The position numbers were made by a program, and so were the translations under genes. The notes beneath the pieces are model-generated. The model worked only from the letters and a program-made list of their open reading frames with translations, was not told the origin of the DNA and ran no database searches. 64,000 bases of DNA from an uncultured Lachnospiraceae bacterium (lineage in GTDB: Bacteria > Bacillota > Clostridia > Lachnospirales > Lachnospiraceae), in contig CAJUEY010000001.1 in NCBI GenBank assembly GCA_910585825.1, positions 93,135 through 157,134 on the forward strand. Direction: 5' to 3'. Positions 50,158 to 59,223 of this stretch are shown here, piece by piece. How positions within the stretch are numbered: position 1 is the stretch's first letter; each line of letters opens with the position of its first letter.

Positions 50158-51567
50158 ATGAAAATACAAAAGCAGGTTATAGTAACAGTAATTGCCGTAT
50201 TTGCAGCGGTATTTTTGAGCAGCTGCAGTAAAACATCTTCCGGAAGCGGCATTTTTCAGGGAAGAATGGGTTCCGGCGCAAAGACGGAAGGAGAAAATGT
50301 AAACGAGCCGCAGCAGGATGCAGCAGAAGAAACACAGACGGACAATTCTTTGTACGTTGTTGTAAAAATTGACGCCGAGGCCAGAGAGGCCGTCTTTGAA
50401 AAGGCAAGCAACGGCAGACAGCTGCAGTATCCGTACACAGCCACAACAAGATTTATGGATAAATACGGCAGCAGCAAATCGGCGGAATCTTTTCTGCCGG
50501 GAGATGTGGCAGAGATTGTCGTTTCCAAAAGCGATCAGGAGCTGATCAGCGTTCAGCTGTCGGATGATGTATGGGTATATGAGGATATCGTGAATTATTC
50601 CATTGATGAAACTATCGGCGCTCTTGTGATCGGAGAATCGAAATATGCCTATGATGCCCAGTATCCTGCATTTTCCGGTGAAAACAGAATCAGTTTTTCG
50701 GATATTGGAGATTCTGACGTGCTGCGCGCAGTAGGCATAGATAAAAAGCTGATTTCACTGGCGGTGCAAAGAGGCCACGGCTATCTGGCGCTGGCAAATA
50801 CCAAGCTTTTTGAAGGCAGTTTTATCTGTGTGGGAGACCGGATATTTGAAGAGGTGACGCCTAATATGCAGATTGAAGTGCCGGAAGGAACATATCTGGT
50901 GACGGTGGCAAATAACGGCTATGGGGGCAGCAAAGAAGTAGAGATTAAAAGAGACCAGACCCTCAGCCTGAATTTGGATGAGTTGAAAGGGGAAGGCCCC
51001 CAGATGTGCAAGATTACCTTTGATGTGAGTGTAGAAGGGGCAGTGCTTTGGATTGACGGAAAGAAAGCGGATTATTCCAAACCGGTAGAACTTGCATATG
51101 GTGTTCACACGATTGCGGTAGAAGCAGAGGGGTACGATACTATTACCCAGAAACTGGTAGTCAATTCCAAAAAGGCGGAGATCGAGATTGCTTTAAATAC
51201 TGCCTCAGGAAGCAAGGCTGAAGATACGGACGCCGCGTCATCGGCAAATAACAATAATACCAGTCAGAATAATACCAATAATAACATCGGAAATACGAAT
51301 ACCAATACGAACAATAATTATACGAATAATAACAATAACAACAATAATAATAACAACAATAATAATAACAACAATAATAACAACAATAATAATACTACAA
51401 ATAATAATAACAATAACAATACTAATAACAATTCAAGCCAGACAGATTATCTGACAACTCTGTATAACTTGCTGACATCTATTGGGAATACCAATAATAA
51501 CAGCAATACAAATACAAACAACAACTCAAATTCCACTGAAGTAGAGGATGATTTGAGGGATGAATAA
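50158..51567 (+). CDS. PEGA-domain lipoprotein with Asn-rich tail
   Basis: Lipobox LSSC; PEGA-like VPEGTYLVTV..GY and GVHTIAVEAEGY. Confidence 0.75.
   Translation: MKIQKQVIVTVIAVFAAVFLSSCSKTSSGSGIFQGRMGSGAKTEGENVNEPQQDAAEETQTDNSLYVVVKIDAEAREAVFEKASNGRQLQYPYTATTRFMDKYGSSKSAESFLPGDVAEIVVSKSDQELISVQLSDDVWVYEDIVNYSIDETIGALVIGESKYAYDAQYPAFSGENRISFSDIGDSDVLRAVGIDKKLISLAVQRGHGYLALANTKLFEGSFICVGDRIFEEVTPNMQIEVPEGTYLVTVANNGYGGSKEVEIKRDQTLSLNLDELKGEGPQMCKITFDVSVEGAVLWIDGKKADYSKPVELAYGVHTIAVEAEGYDTITQKLVVNSKKAEIEIALNTASGSKAEDTDAASSANNNNTSQNNTNNNIGNTNTNTNNNYTNNNNNNNNNNNNNNNNNNNNNNNTTNNNNNNNTNNNSSQTDYLTTLYNLLTSIGNTNNNSNTNTNNNSNSTEVEDDLRDE
51247..51530 (+). repeat. AAT/AAC low-complexity tract (poly-Asn)
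   Basis: 23 consecutive Asn codons at 51325-51393 within an N/T-rich region. Confidence 0.9.
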
Positions 51568-51585
51568 AACAACAGGAGGAAAAAG

Positions 51586-53322
51586 ATGAGTTACAGAGAG
51601 ATTTACAACGAATGGCTTTCCAATCCTTATTTTGATGAGGCTGCGAAAGCAGAACTGAAAAGCATTGCAGATGACGAAAAAGAAATCGAAGACAGATTTT
51701 ATACGGAGCTGGAATTTGGTACAGCGGGCTTGCGGGGAGTCATTGGAGCGGGTACGAATCGTATGAATATTTATACTGTCCGCAAGGCAACCCAGGGACT
51801 GGCAAATTATATCAAAAAAGCAGGCGAGAAGGAGAAGAGCGTTGCAATTGCTTATGACTCCAGAAGAATGTCGCCGGAATTTGCTGATGAGGCAGCTCTT
51901 TGTCTGGCGGCAAACGGAATCAAAGCATATGTATTTGAGTCTTTGCGGCCCACGCCTGAATTGTCCTATGCAGTCCGCAGATTAAATTGTACAGCAGGCA
52001 TTAATATTACTGCCAGCCACAATCCGGCAGAGTACAATGGCTACAAAGTATACTGGGCAGACGGTGCGCAGATTACACCGCCTCACGATACGGGAATTAT
52101 GGAAGAGGTAAAAGCTGTTACAGATTACAGCTCCATGCTTACCATGGACAAGGCGGCGGCAGAAGAAAAAGGACTTTACGTTACCATTGGAGAAGACATC
52201 GACCGTTCCTATATGGAAGAGATTAAAAAACTGGTGATTCACCAGGATGCCATTGACGCAGTCAAAGACGAATTGAAAATTGTTTATACCCCTCTCCATG
52301 GAACCGGAAATATTCCTGTCCGTACAATCTTAAAAGAACTTGGATTTCAGAATGTCTATGTGGTAAAAGAGCAGGAACTGCCGGACGGAGATTTCCCGAC
52401 GGTAGGATATCCCAATCCGGAAGCTCCCGCAGCTTATGAGCTGGCTTTGGCTCTTGCCAAAAAAGAGGATGCAGACCTTGTACTGGCTACTGATCCGGAT
52501 GCAGACCGTCTCGGCGTCTACGTAAAAGACGGACAGACAGGAGAATACCATATGTTAAACGGAAATATGTCCGGCTGTCTCATTGGAGATTATATCATTG
52601 GACAGACCAAAGCCGTAAAAGGAAGCCTTCCGGAAGATGGTGCATTTATCCGTTCTATCGTAACAACGAATCTGGCAGATGCTATTGCGAAATACTATGG
52701 TGTGGAACTGATTGAAGTGCTCACAGGATTTAAATTTATCGGACAGAAGATTTTGGAGTTTGAAAATACAAACAAAGGCACTTATCTGTTTGGCATGGAA
52801 GAAAGCTACGGATGTCTGCCGGGCACCTATGCAAGGGATAAAGACGCCGTTGCAGCAACGATGTTCCTCTGCGAGGCAGCAGCGTTTTACAAAACCCAGG
52901 GAAAGACGCTTTGGGATGCAATGTTAGATATTTATGAGAGATGCGGCTATTATCAGGATCATGTGGAATCCATTACCTTAAAGGGCATTGAAGGACTAGA
53001 GAAGATCCAGAATATCTTAAAGACATTAAGAGAAGAACCGCCTGTAACGATCGGAGATTATGAAGTGCTGGTAATTCGGGATTATAAAGAAGATACGATT
53101 ACCGATACAAAGACAAAAGAAACGAAGCCTACCGGCCTTCCCAAGTCAAATGTGCTTTATTATGAACTGACAGACGATGCATGGGTATGCGTACGTCCTT
53201 CCGGAACAGAACCAAAAGTAAAATTCTACATCGGTGTCAAAGGCGATTCCTTAGAGGATTCTATGAAGAAATCCAGAGAGTTAGGCAGCACAGTGCTTGC
53301 CATGGTAGAAAAGCTGATATAA
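51586..53322 (+). CDS. pgm: Phosphoglucomutase / phosphomannomutase
   Basis: FGTAGLRG, TASHNP, DPDADR, EESYG, RPSGTEPK. Confidence 0.92.
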   Translation: MSYREIYNEWLSNPYFDEAAKAELKSIADDEKEIEDRFYTELEFGTAGLRGVIGAGTNRMNIYTVRKATQGLANYIKKAGEKEKSVAIAYDSRRMSPEFADEAALCLAANGIKAYVFESLRPTPELSYAVRRLNCTAGINITASHNPAEYNGYKVYWADGAQITPPHDTGIMEEVKAVTDYSSMLTMDKAAAEEKGLYVTIGEDIDRSYMEEIKKLVIHQDAIDAVKDELKIVYTPLHGTGNIPVRTILKELGFQNVYVVKEQELPDGDFPTVGYPNPEAPAAYELALALAKKEDADLVLATDPDADRLGVYVKDGQTGEYHMLNGNMSGCLIGDYIIGQTKAVKGSLPEDGAFIRSIVTTNLADAIAKYYGVELIEVLTGFKFIGQKILEFENTNKGTYLFGMEESYGCLPGTYARDKDAVAATMFLCEAAAFYKTQGKTLWDAMLDIYERCGYYQDHVESITLKGIEGLEKIQNILKTLREEPPVTIGDYEVLVIRDYKEDTITDTKTKETKPTGLPKSNVLYYELTDDAWVCVRPSGTEPKVKFYIGVKGDSLEDSMKKSRELGSTVLAMVEKLI

Positions 53323-53346
53323 TTGTTTAAAAATACCTTCTTTTTC

Positions 53347-53375
53347 TTGACAAACATAGGTAAAACAAGTATAAA
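53347..53375 (+). promoter_or_regulatory. Sigma-A promoter of hup
   Basis: TTGACA-N17-TATAAA. Confidence 0.65.
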
Positions 53376-53443
53376 TATTCTTGTAGGTAATCAAGAAAGA
53401 GAGACCTCAGTAAATATAGAAAATCCACAGGAGGAATTTTTAA

Positions 53444-53719
53444 ATGAACAAAGCAGAATTAGTTGCAGCTATGGCTGACAAGACAGGATTAGCGAAAAAG
53501 GACGCCGAAGCGGCATTAAAGGCTTTTACAGATGTAGTTGCTGAAGAATTGAAAAAAGGTGAGAAGATTCAGTTAGTGGGATTTGGAACATTTGAAGTTT
53601 CTGAAAGAGCAGAAAGAGTTGGAAGAAATCCATTAACAAAACAGGAAATCACAATTCCGGCATCAAAAGCGCCGAAATTCAAAGCAGGCAAAGCATTGAA
53701 AGATATGGTAAATGCATAA
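53444..53719 (+). CDS. hup: DNA-binding protein HU
   Basis: MNKAEL, GFGTF, GRNP, PKFKAGKALK. Confidence 0.97.
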   Translation: MNKAELVAAMADKTGLAKKDAEAALKAFTDVVAEELKKGEKIQLVGFGTFEVSERAERVGRNPLTKQEITIPASKAPKFKAGKALKDMVNA

Positions 53720-53740
53720 ATTATAAGAGAGTAAAATGTA

Positions 53741-53772
53741 TGCAGAGGGCTTTTAAAAGCCCTCTGCGTTTT
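53741..53772 (+). terminator. Terminator after hup
   Basis: GCAGAGGGCTTTT/AAAAGCCCTCTGC followed by GTTTT. Confidence 0.7.
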
Positions 53773-53838
53773 CATGTTGCCACGCACTGCCGGCGTGTTG
53801 GCGGCAGATGCTGCAGGTAAAAGAAAAAGAGGGATTAT

Positions 53839-54078
53839 ATGAGATTAGATAAATTTTTAAAAGTGTCTCGGCTGATCAAACGCCGTACCGTTGCCAATGA
53901 GGCATGTGATGCGGGACGGGTATCTGTCAACGGAAAAACCGCGAAGGCCTCTGTGAAAGTGAAAGCGGGGGATATCATTGAAATTGCTTTCGGACAAAAG
54001 ACTGTAAAGGCAGAAGTGCTTTCCCTGGCAGAGTCTACAAAAAAAGAAGATGCGAAAGAAATGTTTCGATATTTATAA
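53839..54078 (+). CDS. yabO: S4-domain RNA-binding protein (YabO/RqcP)
   Basis: MRLDKFLKVSRLIKRRTVA; synteny. Confidence 0.92.
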   Translation: MRLDKFLKVSRLIKRRTVANEACDAGRVSVNGKTAKASVKVKAGDIIEIAFGQKTVKAEVLSLAESTKKEDAKEMFRYL

Positions 54079-54099
54079 TCTTCGGCAGATTCTTTTAGC

Positions 54100-54126
54100 A
54101 TAAATCCAAATACCCCCTAATATAAT
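54100..54126 (+). promoter_or_regulatory. Sigma-E-type promoter of yabPQ
   Basis: ATA-N16-AATATAAT; yabPQ is sigma-E dependent in B. subtilis. Confidence 0.45.
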
Positions 54127-54215
54127 ATAGAAAGACAACCATTCCGGATGAAAAGAAAAAAGAGACCGCAGCTCTGAGGCCGAAGGCTGAATAGTTGCAA
54201 AAACAGGGGGTAAAT

Positions 54216-54503
54216 ATGGAAGAAAAGACAGCAAATAAAAAAACGCATAAACTTCTGATTAACAGCCGTAAAACGGGAAGTTTCAGCGGAGTATTAGATG
54301 TGCTTTCCTTTGATGTGGCGGAAATTCTTCTGGAAACAGAGGAGGGAATGCTCTTAATCAAAGGAAATGACCTTCATGTGAACAGGCTCAGTCTGGAAAA
54401 AGGAGAGGTTGATATTGAAGGGAAGATTGATTCTCTGGCTTATTCTGAAGTAAAGGATTACGGCAAACAGGCAGAATCTTTTTTTGGACGGTTATTTAAA
54501 TGA
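54216..54503 (+). CDS. yabP: Sporulation protein YabP
   Basis: GVLDVLSFD, LETEEGML.IKG.DLH, IEGKIDSL.Y. Confidence 0.92.
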   Translation: MEEKTANKKTHKLLINSRKTGSFSGVLDVLSFDVAEILLETEEGMLLIKGNDLHVNRLSLEKGEVDIEGKIDSLAYSEVKDYGKQAESFFGRLFK

Positions 54504-54946
54504 GCGGCAAGATCAGCGAAACCATTGCCGGAGAGGGCAGTTTACTGCTTGTCTCCCTTTTGTTTGGTTTTGCTCTGATGTTAGTATATGATATCATACG
54601 GATCTTCCGTCATATCATCAGACATGGAACAATCCTTATGGCAGCCGAAGACGTGTTGTACTGGCTGTTTTGCGCGGTAGGCATTTTTGCCATGCTGTAT
54701 CAGGAAAATGAAGGCCTGCTCCGCTGGTTCGTATTGGGCGGCGTAGCCATTGGCATGTTGGTTGAGAATAATTTTGTCAGTCCTTCTATTGTTGCTCTGT
54801 TTGTAAAGATCATACGGATCTGGCTGAAGATTCTAAAGAAGTTTTTACATATATTTGGAAAGCCTTTGAAAAAAATACATCTATTTTTTAGAAAAGAATT
54901 GAAAAAAATAAGAAAAGCGATTAAGATAGGATTAAGCAAAGATTAA
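54500..54946 (+). CDS. yabQ: Spore cortex protein YabQ
   Basis: YDIIRIFR, EDVLYW, GLLRWF; overlaps the yabP stop. Confidence 0.88.
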   Translation: MSGKISETIAGEGSLLLVSLLFGFALMLVYDIIRIFRHIIRHGTILMAAEDVLYWLFCAVGIFAMLYQENEGLLRWFVLGGVAIGMLVENNFVSPSIVALFVKIIRIWLKILKKFLHIFGKPLKKIHLFFRKELKKIRKAIKIGLSKD

Positions 54947-54960
54947 AAGAGGGATTTTAT

Positions 54961-55251
54961 ATGGGCAGATATCGGAAAAAGAAAAATAAAACAGGAAGAA
55001 TGAGTATTGCCTGCATTTTGATGGTATTGCTTTTGTTTATGTCTGTTCAGATCATAAAGCTCTATCAGAAAGATCAGGAATATATTGCGAGAGAAGCAGA
55101 CCTGACAACACAGTTTGAACAGGAAACAGAGCGGGCGGATCAGCTGTCTGATTATGAGAAATACATTGGGAGCCAGGAGTATGTAGAAGATACAGCGAAA
55201 AGTAAACTGGGTATGGTTTATGATCATGAGATTATATTCAAAGAAAAATAA
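54961..55251 (+). CDS. divIC: Septum formation initiator (DivIC/FtsB family)
   Basis: Basic N-terminus, TM, coiled coil, YVEDTAKSKLGMV; synteny. Confidence 0.82.
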   Translation: MGRYRKKKNKTGRMSIACILMVLLLFMSVQIIKLYQKDQEYIAREADLTTQFEQETERADQLSDYEKYIGSQEYVEDTAKSKLGMVYDHEIIFKEK

Positions 55252-55275
55252 TAGAATATCCTAAAATGGTTAAGA

Positions 55276-55306
55276 GCCCTCGAATCTACAATTCGAGGGC
55301 ATTTTT
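55276..55306 (+). terminator. Terminator after divIC
   Basis: GCCCTCGAAT/ATTCGAGGGC followed by ATTTTT. Confidence 0.75.
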
Positions 55307-55370
55307 GACGAAAAGTTTTTGAATAGCCTTCGTTGATTTGACAAAGATTTCAGAATATCGTAGTTATAAT
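55306..55370 (+). promoter_or_regulatory. Spo0A-dependent spoIIE promoter
   Basis: 0A box TGACGAA at 55306; TTGACA-N21-TATAAT. Confidence 0.75.
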
Positions 55371-55433
55371 GCCTCTTAGTTTCGGGCAGAGCGTCTGCTT
55401 TCCGTTTGAAAATGAAATTAGGAGGTTTTTATC

Positions 55434-57275
55434 ATGAAAAAGACAGGTTGGAAACAGTTGGTACTTAGCGTTTTGGGAGCATTGTTCTGTAAAATATCTG
55501 TTATGGGGTGTTATCCGCTTGTTCCCGCATTTTTTGCAGCAGTGTATCTGGAAGAACAGGGGCGCTGGCTTTTATCTATGGGAATGTTGACGGGTATGGT
55601 GGCGTTTCTGCCCATTACCGTAATTGCAAAGTATGCAATGTCTCTTTTGCTGATCGGGATTACGGTGCAGCTTTCGGAATGGGTGGACAAGCGGTGTTAT
55701 ACGGCGGCGGCGGCTCTTGCAGCAGCGGGTGGAACATTGGCTCTTTCCATATTTGGCGGAATTTTTGATTTTAAAAATCAGGTGACAATTGCGGCGGCAA
55801 TTTGCGAGGCAGTATTTATTTTTGGATTTGTCATTTTGGCGGCAAGGGGCGTGCACCTGTTTTTGGAAGAAGGAGAGGCGCCGAAACAATCGGAATATAT
55901 AAGAGACGGATACCAGGAACAGCGTCTTTTAAATTATGCAAAAAGTTTTGAAGGGCTTTCCAAAACATTTTTGTCTATGAGCAGGCAAAGCAAGATGCAG
56001 CAGGAGGATATGGGGCATTTGCAGCAGGAGCTGACAGGACGCATCTGCAGCGGCTGCGATACCTGCGCAGTCTGCTGGTCATCTGCAAATCCTATGATGT
56101 ACGGCGTATTTGGACGTCTGATTAAAAATCTGATGCAGAACGGCGAGGCGGATGAAGAAACGAGGAGAAGCCTGAACGAGCATTGTCAGTATGCCGGCCA
56201 TGTAGAGCAGGAGGCAGTGAACGTTTTTGAGCAGATCAGGGTAAATAAAGCATGGTACAACAGGCTGTTGGAAAACAGGGAAGTGATTGCCCAGCAGTTG
56301 GATGCAATGGCTTTTATTATGGAGGATTGTGCCAGTGAATCAAAGATTTTGGACAGGGAAGAGCGGCGGAGGATTGCAGAAATCCGGTATCGGGCTAAAG
56401 AATATGGCATTGTAACAGAAGAGATCCATTTGTTTCAAAAAAATAACAGCCATATCCAGACGGTGCTCAAGGTGCGCTCTAAATGGGGAAATTGTGTTGC
56501 CATAAAAGAATTGACCAGGGTGGTGACAGATGTGCTGGAACTGCATATGAAACCTCATAAAGACACAAGGACATTTATCGGAAAAGATACCTCGGAAATA
56601 ATTTATGAGGAAGAGCCGGTGTTTCATGCAGTACACGGCGTGGCGCGGCTCACAAAAGACGGAGCGGCAGTGTCGGGAGATAATTTTTCTTTTTTGGAAA
56701 AAGAAGACGGGGAATTAGTCTTGAGTTTATCAGACGGCATGGGATTTGGAGAGCGGGCCTGTAAGGAGAGCGAAATGGTAGTAGATCTTCTGGAGCGCTT
56801 TGTGGAGGCAGGATTTACAAAGGATACTGCAATCAAGATGTTGAATTCCGCTATGGTGATTCATGGGGAGGACGATCAGTATTCCACAGTGGATATTTCT
56901 TCGATTGATCTTTACACCGGAGAAGTATCTTTTTATAAAATAGGAGCGTCGGCGACTTTTATCCGACATAAGAATGGGAATGTAGAGTGTCTTTTGTCCA
57001 CCTCTCTGCCAGTGGGAGTTCGTTTTGAAATTGAGATCGAGCAGGCGAAAAAGCAGTTGGCGGACGGAGATTTTCTTGTCATGATCACAGACGGTGTGTT
57101 AGAATATCTGCAGACAGAGCAGCCGGAGGAGACATTGGAAGAAATCATATCAGAGATCAAAACCAATCATCCGGGGCTTATGGCTAAGAAAATTTTGGAT
57201 CAGGTGATGATCTATACCGGCGGAGAAGTACGGGATGACATGACGGTGCTTGCAGCCGCCATTTGGGAGAATTGA
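55434..57275 (+). CDS. spoIIE: Stage II sporulation protein E (PP2C phosphatase)
   Basis: N-terminal TMs, CxxC..CW motif, VSGD, SDGMG, MITDGV, DDMTV; synteny divIC-spoIIE-tilS. Confidence 0.9.
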   Translation: MKKTGWKQLVLSVLGALFCKISVMGCYPLVPAFFAAVYLEEQGRWLLSMGMLTGMVAFLPITVIAKYAMSLLLIGITVQLSEWVDKRCYTAAAALAAAGGTLALSIFGGIFDFKNQVTIAAAICEAVFIFGFVILAARGVHLFLEEGEAPKQSEYIRDGYQEQRLLNYAKSFEGLSKTFLSMSRQSKMQQEDMGHLQQELTGRICSGCDTCAVCWSSANPMMYGVFGRLIKNLMQNGEADEETRRSLNEHCQYAGHVEQEAVNVFEQIRVNKAWYNRLLENREVIAQQLDAMAFIMEDCASESKILDREERRRIAEIRYRAKEYGIVTEEIHLFQKNNSHIQTVLKVRSKWGNCVAIKELTRVVTDVLELHMKPHKDTRTFIGKDTSEIIYEEEPVFHAVHGVARLTKDGAAVSGDNFSFLEKEDGELVLSLSDGMGFGERACKESEMVVDLLERFVEAGFTKDTAIKMLNSAMVIHGEDDQYSTVDISSIDLYTGEVSFYKIGASATFIRHKNGNVECLLSTSLPVGVRFEIEIEQAKKQLADGDFLVMITDGVLEYLQTEQPEETLEEIISEIKTNHPGLMAKKILDQVMIYTGGEVRDDMTVLAAAIWEN

Positions 57276-57281
57276 CAGATT

Positions 57282-58718
57282 ATGATCAAAAAAGTTGCAG
57301 CATATATCAAAGAGCATCATATGATATCAGCGGGCGCGCATATTTGTGTGGGCGTTTCCGGAGGGGCGGATTCTGTCTGCCTGTTTCTGGTTTTGCGCTA
57401 TTTGCAGGATATCATGGACTTTACGATGTCCGTGGTGCATATCGAGCATGGAATCCGGGGTGAGGAAAGCCTTTCCGACATGGCGTTTGTAAAACAAATT
57501 GCCGGCGACCATGGAGTGGAATTTTCTGCTTATTCCTATCCGGTGGAACAAATTGCGCGAGAGCGGGGCCTTTCTGTGGAGGAGGCTGGCAGAATGGTGC
57601 GGTATGAGGCTTTTGAAAAAGAATGTGCTGCTTACGGTGCGTCGGCAAAAATTGCGTTGGCGCATCATGCAGACGACAGTGCAGAGACGATGCTGTTTCA
57701 TTTGTGCCGGGGGAGCGGAATCGAAGGGCTTTGCGGTATCCGGCCTGTGAGGGGCAATGTGATTCGGCCGCTCCTTTGTGTGACCAGAGGCGAAATCGAA
57801 GATTTTCTAAGACGGGAGGGACAGCCTTACCGGATGGATGCGACCAATGAAGACGTTGCATACAGCAGAAACAGGATACGAAATCGGGTAATGCCGGAGT
57901 TGGGACAGATCAATGAGCGGTATATGGCGCATATGAATTGCCTGGCGGAGGATGCGGCGGAAATTTCCTCATATTTTCGGGAAGAGGCAGAAAAGATTCT
58001 GGCACGGCATATGACAAAAGGGGATGGAGATTGTCTGGGTTTTGAGCTGCCGGGGTTTTTTGAATATCCTTCCGTTCTGCAGAAGTGGGTTTTGTTAGAA
58101 CTGCTTGCGAAAGCGGGAGACGGGCGCAAAGATATCGGCAGAGAGCATGTCCGGTCTTTGTTAAACCTGGCGGAAGGGCGGACCGGAAGAAAAATAAATC
58201 TGCCATATGGCGTAATCGGAGAAAAGACATACGGAAAGATACTGTTGTACAAAGAGAAGAAACAGGAAAAGAAAACGGCTTCCATTCGGATTCCTTTGAT
58301 GGATATTCCGGGGGAGATACAGATTCCAACAGGAAGAATCTGCCTCAGACTGCTGAATTTTTCCAAAAAAGATGCAGAAATTCCAAGAAATGTATATACG
58401 AAATGGTTTGATTATGATAAGATAAAAGACAGGCTTTATTTTCGTACCAGAGAAGCCGGAGATTATTTTGTATTGGATGAAGCAGGACATAGAAAGAAAT
58501 TAAAGGACTACTGGATTGACGAAAAGGTGCCTGGCTCCAAAAGAGAGCAGATTCTGCTGTTGGCGGAAGGGCATCACATTTTATGGGTGATGGGCGGACG
58601 CATCAGTGCAGGTTATAAAATTACCAGAGAGACAAATACCATTTTAGAAGTACAATTTATGGAGGAAAAACATGGGGGAAACAGTTCGGGTATTATTAAC
58701 AGAAGAAGAAGTGGATAA
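57282..58718 (+). CDS. tilS: tRNA(Ile)-lysidine synthetase
   Basis: SGGADS, AHHADD.AET, IRPLL, RNRIR. Confidence 0.94.
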   Translation: MIKKVAAYIKEHHMISAGAHICVGVSGGADSVCLFLVLRYLQDIMDFTMSVVHIEHGIRGEESLSDMAFVKQIAGDHGVEFSAYSYPVEQIARERGLSVEEAGRMVRYEAFEKECAAYGASAKIALAHHADDSAETMLFHLCRGSGIEGLCGIRPVRGNVIRPLLCVTRGEIEDFLRREGQPYRMDATNEDVAYSRNRIRNRVMPELGQINERYMAHMNCLAEDAAEISSYFREEAEKILARHMTKGDGDCLGFELPGFFEYPSVLQKWVLLELLAKAGDGRKDIGREHVRSLLNLAEGRTGRKINLPYGVIGEKTYGKILLYKEKKQEKKTASIRIPLMDIPGEIQIPTGRICLRLLNFSKKDAEIPRNVYTKWFDYDKIKDRLYFRTREAGDYFVLDEAGHRKKLKDYWIDEKVPGSKREQILLLAEGHHILWVMGGRISAGYKITRETNTILEVQFMEEKHGGNSSGIINRRRSG

Positions 58719-59196
58719 AAGGATTGCGGAGATTGCAGCAAATATCAACAAAGATTATGAAGGAGAAGAAATACATTTGATCTGCGTTTTAAAAGGAGGC
58801 GTGTTCTTTACCTGTGAACTTTCAAAACGCCTGAATGTTCCTGTTTCCATGGATTTTATGTCTGTTTCCAGTTACGGAGCCGCTACAAAATCCAGCGGGG
58901 TAGTGAAAATTATCAAGGATTTGGATCAGGAGCTGGAAGGGAAGAATGTGCTGGTAGTAGAGGATATCATTGATTCCGGAAGAACCTTAAGCTATCTGCT
59001 GGAATATCTGAGAAATCAGAATCCGAAGAGCCTGAGACTCTGCACATTATTAGATAAACCGGACAGGCGCGTGGTGAAAGTTCATGTGGATTATACCTGT
59101 TTTGAAATACCGGATGAATTTGTTGTGGGGTATGGACTTGATTATGCGCAGAAATACCGAAACCTGCCGTATATAGGCGTGGTTGAATTAGATTGA
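58672..59196 (+). CDS. hpt: Hypoxanthine phosphoribosyltransferase
   Basis: VLKGG, VEDIIDSGRTL, FVVGYGLD. Confidence 0.96.
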   Translation: MGETVRVLLTEEEVDKRIAEIAANINKDYEGEEIHLICVLKGGVFFTCELSKRLNVPVSMDFMSVSSYGAATKSSGVVKIIKDLDQELEGKNVLVVEDIIDSGRTLSYLLEYLRNQNPKSLRLCTLLDKPDRRVVKVHVDYTCFEIPDEFVVGYGLDYAQKYRNLPYIGVVELD

Positions 59197-59223
59197 TCGA
59201 ACAGAACAAAAGGAGGTTGCCAG

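Noticed and set aside
58672..58718. tilS/hpt 47-bp overlap as a frameshift or fusion
   Set aside because: Both genes are complete and hpt has its own GGAGG RBS; simple C-terminal run-on
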